A stretch of DNA of 45,481 nt from Candidatus Hadarchaeota archaeon (lineage in GTDB: Archaea; Hadarchaeota; Hadarchaeia; Hadarchaeales; Hadarchaeaceae): assembly GCA_040757795.1 (NCBI GenBank), contig JBFLWG010000002.1, forward strand, positions 1 to 45,481, read 5' to 3'. The position numbers and the translations under genes were made by a program. Below are positions 1 through 8,656 of this stretch, in pieces. Under the pieces are notes generated by a model. The model searched no databases. It was not told the origin of the DNA and worked only from the letters and a program-made list of their open reading frames with translations. Each line of letters starts with the position of its first letter. Within the stretch, counting starts at the first letter, position 1.

Positions 1-2
1 CG

Positions 3-1217
3 GTCGACACAAAGTTTGAAATCTCGACCCTGGTGAAGATGATGAACGACAAGCCGCTTTTGTTCGAGAATGTGAGGGGGCGCTCCATGCCGGTCGTCGC
101 GAACATTTGCTCAACGCGGGAGCTTGTCGCCCTTGGCCTTGGCATCAAGCCGGGCGAAATAATATCCAAGCTGGCCCACGCCATAGAAAACCCGAAGGAG
201 CCGAAGGTCGTGAAGGCCGAGGGCTACAGGGAGGTGCCGCCCGACCTGTCAAAGTTCCCGATTTTGCTTCACTACCCGTTCGACGGCGGGCCTTACATCT
301 CCTCGGGGGTGGCGGTGGCGAGGGATCCGGAGCTCGGCATCAACATCTCGTTCCACAGGATGATGGTGATTTCGAATGACAAGATAGTGCTGAGGATCCT
401 GCCGCGGGACTTTGACGCGTTCATCAAGCGCGGGAACAAGGAGTTCGCCATCTGCATCTGCAACTCTATGCCGGTCCTTGTGTCTGCGGCGGTCTCGGTG
501 GAGCTGGGGAAGAGCGAGCTCAACATCGCCAACACCTTGGGGGAGACCAACCTCATTGAGCTTGGAGGGCACAAGGTCCCGGAGGCCGAGATAGTCATGA
601 TCGCCGAGATGACGGGGGAGGAGCACGACGAGGGGCCGTTCCTGGACCTCACTGAGACTCCGGACATCGTGAGGAAGCAGCGGGTGGCGAGAATCAAGAA
701 GATATTCACAAAGGAAAAGCCGATGTTCCATGCGCTTCTGCCCGGTGGCCTCGAGCACAAGACATTGATGGGGATGCCGCGCGAGCCCACGATATTCCGC
801 GAGGTGAGCAAGGTCTGTGAGTGCAAGGATGTTTTGATAACATCCGGCGGATGCTCATGGCTGCATGCGGTCGTCAGCATCAAGAAGAAGAACCCGGACG
901 ACGGGCGCAAGGCAATCGAAGCGGCGTTCAAGGGGCACAAGTCGGTGAAGCATGTCTGGGTGGTGGACGAGGATATTAACATCCACAACCCCCACGATGT
1001 CGAGTGGGCGATGGCGACGAGGTTCCAGGGCGACAAGGACATGATAATCAAAAAAGAGCCGGGTTCCTCGCTTGACCCATCCTCAGACCTTGAGACAAGG
1101 ATGACGGCGAAGGTCGGCTTTGACCTGACCATCCCGTCCGACAGGGACCCCAACGACTTCAAGAAGCCGGAGCTGCCGATGAAGCTAGACATAAAGGATT
1201 ACTTGGCGCCGAAATGA
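3..1217 (+). CDS. UbiD-family (prenyl-FMN dependent) decarboxylase, 5'-truncated by the window edge; possibly the archaeal mevalonate-pathway anhydromevalonate-phosphate decarboxylase type
   Basis: The frame of ORF 33..1217 stays open back to nt 3 (VDTKFEISTLVK...), so the N-terminus is off-window. UbiD-like blocks LFENVRG, GGPYISSGV, SFHRMMV, EGPFLD and WAMATRFQ recognised by eye. Confidence 0.8.
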   Translation, partial: VDTKFEISTLVKMMNDKPLLFENVRGRSMPVVANICSTRELVALGLGIKPGEIISKLAHAIENPKEPKVVKAEGYREVPPDLSKFPILLHYPFDGGPYISSGVAVARDPELGINISFHRMMVISNDKIVLRILPRDFDAFIKRGNKEFAICICNSMPVLVSAAVSVELGKSELNIANTLGETNLIELGGHKVPEAEIVMIAEMTGEEHDEGPFLDLTETPDIVRKQRVARIKKIFTKEKPMFHALLPGGLEHKTLMGMPREPTIFREVSKVCECKDVLITSGGCSWLHAVVSIKKKNPDDGRKAIEAAFKGHKSVKHVWVVDEDINIHNPHDVEWAMATRFQGDKDMIIKKEPGSSLDPSSDLETRMTAKVGFDLTIPSDRDPNDFKKPELPMKLDIKDYLAPK

Positions 1218-1230
1218 AAGTTTATTGAGT

Positions 1231-1770
1231 TTACTCATGTGAAACAAATTTTCTGAAAATATTGTACGCCTCGTTTGGGTTGGGGATGTGATAAAAAGAC
1301 AGTGGATAAACAATCGTGTCTTTTTTGAGATATTCTGATGTCCATGCCTCCGCTGGCGCATAAATCAATACACTCCCCGTACCAAAAATTTTGTCCCAAA
1401 ACCCTGCAGTCAGCTTGGTGTTGGAAACTTTGTTGTATTGTACCGTCTTAAAATCGCTGCTTATTACGCCTGTTTGAATAATTGCTCTCTTGTTGCTTAG
1501 CGCATAGTAAACTCGCATATAAATTAACAAAACAGATGTGGATGCAACTATAACAAGCAAAACACCGACTAAGAAGATTGCCAACGAAAATTGTATTAAT
1601 CCAAAAATCATCGCCAAAACTCCAACTACTCCAGCAAGTACTGTAAATCCTAAGCATACTCCATGGTTAGGTGTAGAAATAAACGCGCCACAAACAAATG
1701 GCGCAAATTTGGGCTTCCTGACCCAGATTACTTTTTCATTTTTATCCAAAATTTTTTCTATTTTTTGCAT
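1231..1770 (-). CDS. Membrane protein with bacterial-type PH domain (bPH_2 / YdbS-YdbT-like): two TM helices followed by a PH-like domain
   Basis: 179 aa. Hydrophobic segments FVCGAF...VLAGVVGVLAMIFGLIQF and AIFLVGVLLVIVASTSVLLIY, then YYALSNKRAIIQTGVISSDFKTVQYNKV...FWDKIFGTGSVLIY, typical of bPH_2. The gene is conspicuously AT-rich compared with its neighbours. Confidence 0.65.
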   Translation of the reverse strand: MQKIEKILDKNEKVIWVRKPKFAPFVCGAFISTPNHGVCLGFTVLAGVVGVLAMIFGLIQFSLAIFLVGVLLVIVASTSVLLIYMRVYYALSNKRAIIQTGVISSDFKTVQYNKVSNTKLTAGFWDKIFGTGSVLIYAPAEAWTSEYLKKDTIVYPLSFYHIPNPNEAYNIFRKFVSHE

Positions 1771-1837
1771 TATTCACCATTTTAATATGATAGGGTAATT
1801 TTAAATTGCCCGCCGCCTAAGTTGGCCCGGTGAAAGT

Positions 1838-3730
1838 CTGAGAATACTGCTGATCCACGCCGACTTCCTCGAGTTTGAGGTGAAGCAGCCCACGCCGGCC
1901 GCTGAAGAGGTCGCTCAAGAAAAGAGAACCGGGCGGCTGGAAGAGGTGCTGGTCGTCTTCTCGGCTGCGGAGGAGGAGGACGAGGGCAGCATTGGAGAGG
2001 TGTCAAAAAACGCCGCGCGAGACATCGCCGACGTGGCGGGGAAAGTCGGGGCCGAACGCGTCGCCATTTACCCCTACGCCCACCTCAGCCCATCTCTCGC
2101 ATCCCCCAAGTCGGCCGTTAAACTTCTCGACGCGACCCGCGATGAACTCCAGAAGCTCGGGCTAGAGGCGCACCGCCTGCCGTTCGGGTGGTACAAGGCG
2201 TTCAAGATTTCATGCAAGGGGCACCCGCTCAGCGAGCTGTCCCGCCAGATCACGGCTGGGAAGGTTGCGGAAGCCCTCACCGAGGCGCTGGTGCAGGAGG
2301 AGAAGGTCAAATCAACATGGTTTGTTCTGGAGCCCAGCGGCATGGCCCACGAGGTGAGGCTCGAGGGGGATGACATGGCCGGATATGATTTTTCTGGGAA
2401 CGAGAACCTCCGGCTCTTCCTGATGCACGAGATCGCGAAGAAGAGGGAGGCGACCGAGGAGCCGCCCCACGTCCAGCTCATGAGGAGGCTCGAGCTCTTG
2501 GACTACGAGCCCGGCAGCGACTCAGGCAACTTCAGACTGTACCCGAAGGGGAGGCTGGTCAAGAGCCTGCTGGAGGAGTGGGTGAGCAGGCGGGCAGCCG
2601 GGTACGGCGCGATGGAGATAGAGACCCCGATAATGTACGATTACGAACACCCCGCGCTGAAGGACTACCTTGAAAGATTCCCGGCACGGCAGTACACCTT
2701 GAAGTCCACCAAGAAGAAGCTGTTCCTAAGGTTCTCGGCCTGCTTCGGGCAGTTCCTGATGGCGGCCTCGAGCACAATCTCCTACCGCGACCTCCCGCTG
2801 AAGATGTACGAGCTCACGAGGTACTCCTTCAGGCTTGAGAAGACAGGCGAGCTGTCCGGGCTGAGGCGCCTGCGTTCGTTCACGATGCCGGACATGCACA
2901 CCATCTGCAGCGGCGAGGAGCAGGCGAAGAAGGAGTTCCTGGACCAGTTCAAGCTGAGCATGAGGTGCCTGAAGGAGCTGGGTTTTTCAATCAAGGATTA
3001 CGAGACGGGCTTCAGGGCAACGCGGGATTTCTGGGAGAAAAACAAAGAGTTCGTGATCTCTCTGGCCAAGCTGGTCAAGAAGCCGGTGCTGCTCGAGGTC
3101 TGGAGCCACCGCTACGCCTACTTCGACCCCAAGTTCGAGTTCAACTTCGTGGACAACCTCGGCAAGGCCTCAGCTCTCTCGACCGTCCAGATGGACCACG
3201 AGAACGCGAAGAGGTACGGCATAGTTTACATTGACGAGAAGAACCAGAAAATCAGCCCGCTCATCCTGCACTGCTCTCCTTCAGGGAGTCTCGAGCGGGT
3301 GATCTACGCGCTGCTGGAGAAGGCCGTCAAGGACCAGACGGCGGGGAAGGCGCCGGGCCTCCCGCTCTGGCTGGCCCCGACGCAGGTCAGGCTGATCCCA
3401 CTTGCAGACAGGCACAGGAGGTTCTGCGAACGGGTAGCGGACGAGCTGAAAAAGTCCTGCGTGAGGGTGGATGTGGACGACAGGGGCGAGACGGTGCAGA
3501 AAAAGATAAGGGACGCCGGGCGGGAGTGGGTGCCTTACGTTATCGTGGCGGGGGACAAGGAGCTCAAACTGAAGAAGATTCCGGTCAGGGTGAGGGGCAA
3601 AAAGGCGCTCAAGCAGATGACGGTGGCGGGACTCTGCGCGGAGATTGCTAAGAAGACGAGGGGGATGCCTTTCAAGCCCATCTCTGTGCCGCGCCAGCTC
3701 TCGAAGCGGCCGATTTTTGTCGGTGGTTAA
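1838..3730 (+). CDS. thrS: Threonyl-tRNA synthetase, archaeal type with N-terminal D-aminoacyl-tRNA-deacylase-like editing domain
   Basis: ORF track 1880..3730. The editing domain (VAIYPYAHLS...FGWYKAFKISCKGHPLSELSR) and class II core are recognisable. The conserved N-terminus LRILLIHADFLEFEV is encoded at 1838-1879, upstream of the first canonical start, so the start is placed provisionally at CTG 1838 (GGTGA at 1829-1833). Confidence 0.9.
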   Translation: MRILLIHADFLEFEVKQPTPAAEEVAQEKRTGRLEEVLVVFSAAEEEDEGSIGEVSKNAARDIADVAGKVGAERVAIYPYAHLSPSLASPKSAVKLLDATRDELQKLGLEAHRLPFGWYKAFKISCKGHPLSELSRQITAGKVAEALTEALVQEEKVKSTWFVLEPSGMAHEVRLEGDDMAGYDFSGNENLRLFLMHEIAKKREATEEPPHVQLMRRLELLDYEPGSDSGNFRLYPKGRLVKSLLEEWVSRRAAGYGAMEIETPIMYDYEHPALKDYLERFPARQYTLKSTKKKLFLRFSACFGQFLMAASSTISYRDLPLKMYELTRYSFRLEKTGELSGLRRLRSFTMPDMHTICSGEEQAKKEFLDQFKLSMRCLKELGFSIKDYETGFRATRDFWEKNKEFVISLAKLVKKPVLLEVWSHRYAYFDPKFEFNFVDNLGKASALSTVQMDHENAKRYGIVYIDEKNQKISPLILHCSPSGSLERVIYALLEKAVKDQTAGKAPGLPLWLAPTQVRLIPLADRHRRFCERVADELKKSCVRVDVDDRGETVQKKIRDAGREWVPYVIVAGDKELKLKKIPVRVRGKKALKQMTVAGLCAEIAKKTRGMPFKPISVPRQLSKRPIFVGG

Positions 3731-3757
3731 CCAACAAGATTCCATGGAAGTTGAAAT

Positions 3758-4924
3758 ATGAAAATCTCAAGAAGGGCGGCCTATGCTGCCATAATCTCCC
3801 TCGGCATCGTCAGCCTTCTAGGTGACATAGTCTACGAGGGCGCCCGCGGCTTGACGCCCGACTACCTGAATTTCTTGGGGGCTTCGGCAACTGTACTCGG
3901 CATCGTCACAGGGCTGGGTGAATTCATTGGCTATGGGTTAAGATTATTGAGCGGAATTTTCGCCGACAGGACCCGGGCCTATTGGGCTTTCACCTTCATC
4001 GGATATGGTTTGATTGTGGCCATTCCCCTGCTGGCTTTCGCTGGAAGCTGGCAGATCGTGGCGATTTTCATACTGTCAGAGCGGCTGGGCAAAGCCTTGA
4101 GGTCACCCGCAAGGGATGTGATCCTTTCGGTGGCCAGCCACGGCGTTGGGACCGGCAAAGCATTCGGCATCCACGAGTTCCTGGACCAATTAGGGGCTGT
4201 GTTGGGCCCGATCATTCTGTTCGCGATAATGTTTTTGACTGCTGGAAACTACTCCATCGCTTTCGCATTCCTTACTATTCCATTCATTCTGATGCTGTTT
4301 TTCCTCGTCAAGGCCTACCGCAGCATAGGGAACATCTCAATCGACGGCAAACACGGCGACAAGGCGAGGCTAGAGAGCAATTTTTCCATGTACATCGGCG
4401 CAGTTGCACTGAACACTCTCGGCCTTGTTCCGGTCGCCATCCTGCTCTTCCGCGTTTCCGGCATCGCCCAGCCTCTTGGGCAGGCCTGGTTGGTCCCGCT
4501 TGTTTACGCTTTTGTCCAGCTCGTTGATGCGCCGTCCGCCCTTGTTTCCGGCCACGCATACGACAAAACAAGGGGAAAGGTTCTCCTCCTGCCTTTCGCG
4601 ATTTCCATTTTTCCCACAATGCTTGTGATGTTGTCGAACAACCTGGCAGTGCTCCTGCTTGCGGCGGCAATTCTTGGATTGATTGAGGGAATGAGGGAGT
4701 CAATCTATCGTGCGGCCGTGGCAGATATGACCCCGCTCGTGAGCAGGGGGAAAGCCTATGGTATTTTCCACACAGTTTACGCGGTCTGCATTTTGTTCAG
4801 CAGCATAATCTTCGGCGTGTTTTTGGACCTTGGGGTCGCAATTCCCTTTGTATTGGCTTACATTCTGGTGACGCAGGTTTTTGCGATAATGTTGCTTTCC
4901 AAATCTTTCCGAAAAATCAAATGA
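3758..4924 (+). CDS. MFS-type transporter (about 11-12 TM segments)
   Basis: 388 aa, hydrophobic throughout, with the MFS-like loop motif GIFADRTR after TM2 and ERLGKALRSPARD after TM4. Confidence 0.7.
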   Translation: MKISRRAAYAAIISLGIVSLLGDIVYEGARGLTPDYLNFLGASATVLGIVTGLGEFIGYGLRLLSGIFADRTRAYWAFTFIGYGLIVAIPLLAFAGSWQIVAIFILSERLGKALRSPARDVILSVASHGVGTGKAFGIHEFLDQLGAVLGPIILFAIMFLTAGNYSIAFAFLTIPFILMLFFLVKAYRSIGNISIDGKHGDKARLESNFSMYIGAVALNTLGLVPVAILLFRVSGIAQPLGQAWLVPLVYAFVQLVDAPSALVSGHAYDKTRGKVLLLPFAISIFPTMLVMLSNNLAVLLLAAAILGLIEGMRESIYRAAVADMTPLVSRGKAYGIFHTVYAVCILFSSIIFGVFLDLGVAIPFVLAYILVTQVFAIMLLSKSFRKIK

Positions 4925-4928
4925 AGCT

Positions 4929-6104
4929 TCACCTGGATTTCATGAACAAATCCATGAACTTGGGGCCGTCCACAAACCCGAGGGTTCCATGTTTTGCTGA
5001 TGCTTCGTCGAACCTGAGCCCATCCCCTTTCGAGCCCGGGTAGTAGATGGCGAACGGGATTGGGTCGGAGACATGCGACTTGACGCTTACAGGTGTCGGG
5101 TGATCTGGCAGGACGGCAACCCTGCAACCCTCAACCTTGTCGAGTATCCTCCCCAGCAGCCTCTTGTCAAGATCCTCGATCGTTCTGACCTTTTGCCTGG
5201 CGTTGCCCTCGTGCCCCGCCTCGTCCGGCGCCTCGACATGGACGTAGACGAAGTCGGTTTTTTTCAGCGCCTTGATTGCGTAGTCTGCCTTCCCCTCGTA
5301 ATTTGTGTCGTAATATCCAGTGGCTCCAGGCACCTTTACCACCTCCATCCCAGCGTAGACTCCGATACCGTTGATCAGGTTGACGGCCGATATCATGGCG
5401 CCCTTCAGCCCGTATTTTTTCCTGAAGCTTTCAAGCTTGGGCCTCCTGCCGGGACTCCACAGCCATATCATGTTCGCCGGGTTCTTCCCTGCCCGCTCCC
5501 TCTTGATGTTGACGGGATGCTTTGAAAGAAGCCCCTTTGAGGAAAGCATGAGCCCGTTCAGCATTTTCCCCACCTTCCCGCCCTCTGGGCCGATCATGTG
5601 TTTGGATATTTTTTCTCCGACTATGTCGTGCGGAGGGTCGCAGCCCACGGCGATGCTGGCGTTTCTCATGACAAAAATGTGTCTGTACTTAACGCCCAGG
5701 TGGTACTCCCCTCCCCCGAGCTTCCTCACCTCCTCCAGGAGCGCCTTGGCCTCTTCGTTCGATATCTGCCCGCCGGAGTAGTCGGCCATGACGCCGCCCC
5801 GCTCGGTGACAAGGTTGCACCTGAAGGCCACGTCATTCTTTCCAAGTTTTATCCCCATCGCCCCGGCCTCGAGAGGGCCCCGCCCTGTGAAGTACTTCCG
5901 AGGATTATAACCGAGGATTGCCAGGTTCGCCACGGCGGAGTCAGGTACCATGCCGTCCGGGACTGTCTTTACAAGGCCGACCCTGCCCTCTGAGGCAATC
6001 ATATCCATGTTTGGCTTTCGAGCGGCCTGCAGAGGGGTTTTCCCGCAGAGCTCCTTGCATGGGTAGTCAGCCATCCCGTCCCCGACAACGACGATGCACT
6101 TCAT
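4929..6104 (-). CDS. apgM: 2,3-bisphosphoglycerate-independent phosphoglycerate mutase, archaeal type
   Basis: 391 aa. N-terminus MKCIVVVGDGMADYP...GKTPLQAARKPNMD and C-terminal HVEAPDEAGHEG...LPDHPTP are characteristic of ApgM (alkaline-phosphatase superfamily). Confidence 0.9.
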   Translation of the reverse strand: MKCIVVVGDGMADYPCKELCGKTPLQAARKPNMDMIASEGRVGLVKTVPDGMVPDSAVANLAILGYNPRKYFTGRGPLEAGAMGIKLGKNDVAFRCNLVTERGGVMADYSGGQISNEEAKALLEEVRKLGGGEYHLGVKYRHIFVMRNASIAVGCDPPHDIVGEKISKHMIGPEGGKVGKMLNGLMLSSKGLLSKHPVNIKRERAGKNPANMIWLWSPGRRPKLESFRKKYGLKGAMISAVNLINGIGVYAGMEVVKVPGATGYYDTNYEGKADYAIKALKKTDFVYVHVEAPDEAGHEGNARQKVRTIEDLDKRLLGRILDKVEGCRVAVLPDHPTPVSVKSHVSDPIPFAIYYPGSKGDGLRFDEASAKHGTLGFVDGPKFMDLFMKSR

Positions 6105-6970
6105 TGTTTTTCCTCAAACACGAGAAGTTCTTCCTCGTACTTCCTTTCACCGAAGGCACTGCCGCCCGGGAGGTGTTTAACTTTCTGTTTTGAGAGCTTG
6201 CCGACAAACTTTTTATCAACATCCTGGAGGCCGCCGCCAAGAAGCCAGGCCACGGGGATGTTCATGTTGACCGGCCTCACAGGCAGGACGTGCCGGGTGG
6301 TCTTGTGGGCGAACACTTTCCCCGAGAGCGCGACTTCCACGACTTCTTCTTTTGTCACCGAAGGAACGAGCATGACGACAGATGTCTTGTCCAAAGTCGC
6401 GATGGCGTCCTTCTCTTTCTCATAGCTCAGGCTGAACCCCTCTTCCTTTAGTACGCGCTCGACCCTCTTGATCCAGGCGTAGCTCTCGTGGATCTCTGTT
6501 TTTTTCGCCGCTATCAGGTGGCAGTCGTCTGTGGTGACGAGGGCGGCCGTGGCCCTGCGCCCGTCGACCGTGTTTTTCGCGTCTTCCATCGAGGACTGCC
6601 TCACATCCAGCCCCAGCAGCGCGAGGATGAGCTTGAGCATCCTCACTATCTCGCCGAACTGGATCCCCTCGCTCCTTGCCACCCTGTACCAGCAGCCTAT
6701 CCTGATCCTAGGGTCGCTGTAATCAACCGAGCAGACGGGGAGATATTTCAGGCCGAGCTCCTTCGAGGCGGCGACGCGGTGCATCCCGTCGAGGACCACC
6801 CTCGTCCTCGCGTCGGCTATTATCGGATCCTTCACGAGGCCGCTGGACTTCATGTCGCCTATCAGCCTTTTGAGCAGCTCTGGCACTATCTCCTCGTGGA
6901 TTTTGAGTTCTTCCACAGGGAGTACTTCCAGCCTGCACCCGAACCCGTGCTCCTTGAACTCCAACGGCAA
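6101..6970 (-). CDS. ParB/sulfiredoxin-fold protein (ParB N-terminal-like domain plus uncharacterised C-terminal domain); candidate ADP-dependent free-serine kinase-like
   Basis: 289 aa with a TTG start. ParB-Nterm-like block LPVEELKIHEEIVPELLKRLIGDMKSSGLVKDPIIAD..RVVLDGMHRVAASKELGLKYLPV. Its stop overlaps the apgM start by 4 nt (6101-6104). Confidence 0.6.
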   Translation of the reverse strand: MPLEFKEHGFGCRLEVLPVEELKIHEEIVPELLKRLIGDMKSSGLVKDPIIADARTRVVLDGMHRVAASKELGLKYLPVCSVDYSDPRIRIGCWYRVARSEGIQFGEIVRMLKLILALLGLDVRQSSMEDAKNTVDGRRATAALVTTDDCHLIAAKKTEIHESYAWIKRVERVLKEEGFSLSYEKEKDAIATLDKTSVVMLVPSVTKEEVVEVALSGKVFAHKTTRHVLPVRPVNMNIPVAWLLGGGLQDVDKKFVGKLSKQKVKHLPGGSAFGERKYEEELLVFEEKQ

Positions 6971-7116
6971 GATATCGCCATTAGCACAATCGCCGCCGCT
7001 TTCAAAAGGCTAACGCGCGCCCGCTGATGCAGCAGAAAAATTTATAAGAGGTGCGACCCCAACGGAGTTGGGAGGGGTCAGCCCCCACATTCAATCAATG
7101 GAAAGGCCAACCAACA

Positions 7117-7134
7117 GGGGCCGTTTTCGGCCCC
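7117..7134 (-). terminator. Perfect 7-bp GC hairpin (GGGGCCG-TTTT-CGGCCCC) about 60 nt downstream of the radA stop; possible 3'-end structure
   Basis: Seen directly in the sequence. A second hairpin, GACCCC..GGGGTC, lies at about 7054-7078. No strong oligo-T follows on the minus strand, so the terminator role is uncertain. Confidence 0.3.
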
Positions 7135-7194
7135 TACCAACCAGCCTTCCTCACCCCTCCCACCTTCCTTGGAATTTGCCGTTCCAGTAGCGGC

Positions 7195-8136
7195 TCACTT
7201 CTCTCCGTCCCTAACGCCAGCCTCCAATATCTGGAAAGTGGCGGTCTCTGGCGGCAGCGCCGGGTGGTCGACCAGGTGCGCCGTTCTCATGTTGCCCTTG
7301 GATTTTCTCAAGTACATTCGGACGGTCGCCGAATGGCCTAGCACATGGCCCCCGATGGGCTTCGTCGGGTCCCCAAAAAATGTGTCAGGCCTGGACTGCA
7401 CCTGGTTTGTCACCAGGACGGCCATGTCTTCCAGCTCGGCCAGCTTGTGCAGCGATGCAAGGTGCCGCCCCAGCTTCTGCTGCCTCTCGGCCAGCGTTCC
7501 CCTGCCGCAATACTCGCTCCTGAAAAGGGCGGTCACGGAGTCCACCACAAGGAGCCTCGCGTCGTTCTGCTTGGCTATCTCTTCCGCCTTCTCCACCAGC
7601 AGCATCTGGTGGTCAGTCGTGTGCGCCCGGGCGACGTAGATTCCATCGAGCGCCTGCTGCGGGTCTATCCCTGCCGCCAGCGCCATCTGGGATATCCTTT
7701 CCGGCCTGAATGTGTTCTCGGTGTCTATGTACACAGCCTTCCCTCCGATCCCGCCCTGCTCGGCAGGGAGCTGGACGTTGACGCACAGCTGGTGGGCCAG
7801 CTGGGACTTGCCCGTCCCGAACTCCCCGAAGACCTCCGTTATGCCCTTGGTCTCAAGGCCGCCGCCAAGAAGCTTGTCCAGCGCGGCGCTTCCCGTGCTG
7901 ATGCGGCTGAGGTTCTTCCTGCGCTCAAGCACGTCAACTGCCTTCTCGTAGCCCATGCTGGAGGCCTCCCTCGCGGAGTTGATCAGCTTTATCGCCGCTT
8001 TTGCCCCTATCTCCGCCGCTTCCATCAGCTCCCCCGTAGTTGCTACTGCTAGGCTCTCCACAGAGTCGTAGCCCGCGGCCCGAAGTTTTTCGGAGATGGC
8101 CGGGCCGACGCCATCAAGTTCTTCAAATTCAACCAT
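7195..8136 (-). CDS. radA: DNA repair and recombination protein RadA
   Basis: HhH N-domain ([17 protein letters not shown]), Walker [10 protein letters not shown], and the DSVTALFR / LVTNQV blocks. Start placed at ATG 8136, which is preceded by GGGGGTGA and gives 313 aa; the ORF-track start at 8223 adds 29 non-conserved residues. Confidence 0.95.
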   Translation of the reverse strand: MVEFEELDGVGPAISEKLRAAGYDSVESLAVATTGELMEAAEIGAKAAIKLINSAREASSMGYEKAVDVLERRKNLSRISTGSAALDKLLGGGLETKGITEVFGEFGTGKSQLAHQLCVNVQLPAEQGGIGGKAVYIDTENTFRPERISQMALAAGIDPQQALDGIYVARAHTTDHQMLLVEKAEEIAKQNDARLLVVDSVTALFRSEYCGRGTLAERQQKLGRHLASLHKLAELEDMAVLVTNQVQSRPDTFFGDPTKPIGGHVLGHSATVRMYLRKSKGNMRTAHLVDHPALPPETATFQILEAGVRDGEK

Positions 8137-8296
8137 TTTTTCACCCCCGTATCTCTCGATTTGGTGCGGGATTTTATGTCGTTTCTGGGGAGAGAGGTCA
8201 GCGAAAGTATTGTTTAAATTCATGCGGAAAACCAGCCAAACACCTTAATTGATGCCGTTATCCAAAGTTTCGCAATGTTGCCGCGGCGAAAGTATT

Positions 8297-8346
8297 GCGT
8301 TTGACATGCCTGTCTGGCGATAAACGTTTGACATCTGCGATAAACT
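8297..8346. repeat. Imperfect tandem repeat in the radA/Sm divergent intergenic region: CGTTTGACAT (8298-8307, 8325-8334) interleaved with CTG(G)CGATAAAC (8314-8325, 8335-8345)
   Basis: Direct reading of the sequence. Candidate operator or duplicated promoter element. Confidence 0.6.
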
Positions 8347-8419
8347 TTTCTAATTTGGCCGTCACCAGACCGCGGACAGCAATGTTTTAGCCACCGGCCT
8401 CCACTATCCTTTGGTCGCG

Positions 8420-8656
8420 ATGGAAGAAGAACAGGCCCAAGAAGCCGGCCCGCTTGTAGACCTGCAGAGGTTCCAGGGGCAGGTGATTCTCGTCAGCGTG
8501 AAGGACGGGCGCAAGTTCAGGGGGAAGCTGGCTCAGTTCGACGAGCACATGAACGTGATCCTTGAGGCCGCCGAGGAGATACCGAAAGAGGGGCAGCCGA
8601 AGCAGCATAAGTTGATCATGCTGAAGGGCGGCAACATCTCAGAGGTCTCTGTCTAG
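8420..8656 (+). CDS. Sm-like archaeal protein (SmAP/LSm)
   Basis: Sm1/Sm2 motifs: VILVSVKDGRKFRGKLAQFDEHMNVIL ... LIMLKGGNI. ATG at 8420; the ORF-track TTG at 8411 is an alternative start. Confidence 0.9.
   Translation: MEEEQAQEAGPLVDLQRFQGQVILVSVKDGRKFRGKLAQFDEHMNVILEAAEEIPKEGQPKQHKLIMLKGGNISEVSV

Noticed and set aside
7147-7172. Pyrimidine-rich tract CCTTCCTCACCCCTCCCACCTTCCTT downstream of radA: possible triplex or structured element.
   Set aside because: The tract is interrupted by purines, and there is no mirror symmetry or repeat partner. It is probably just 3'-UTR composition.
8137-8223. 29-aa N-terminal extension of radA in the ORF track.
   Set aside because: It is not conserved. 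ATG 8136 has a strong GGGGGTGA ribosome-binding site and gives a typical RadA length.
8298-8334. TTGACA hexamers read as bacterial sigma-70 -35 boxes.
   Set aside because: All informational genes in the window are archaeal, so bacterial-type promoters are not expected. The hexamer alone also occurs many times inside coding regions by chance.
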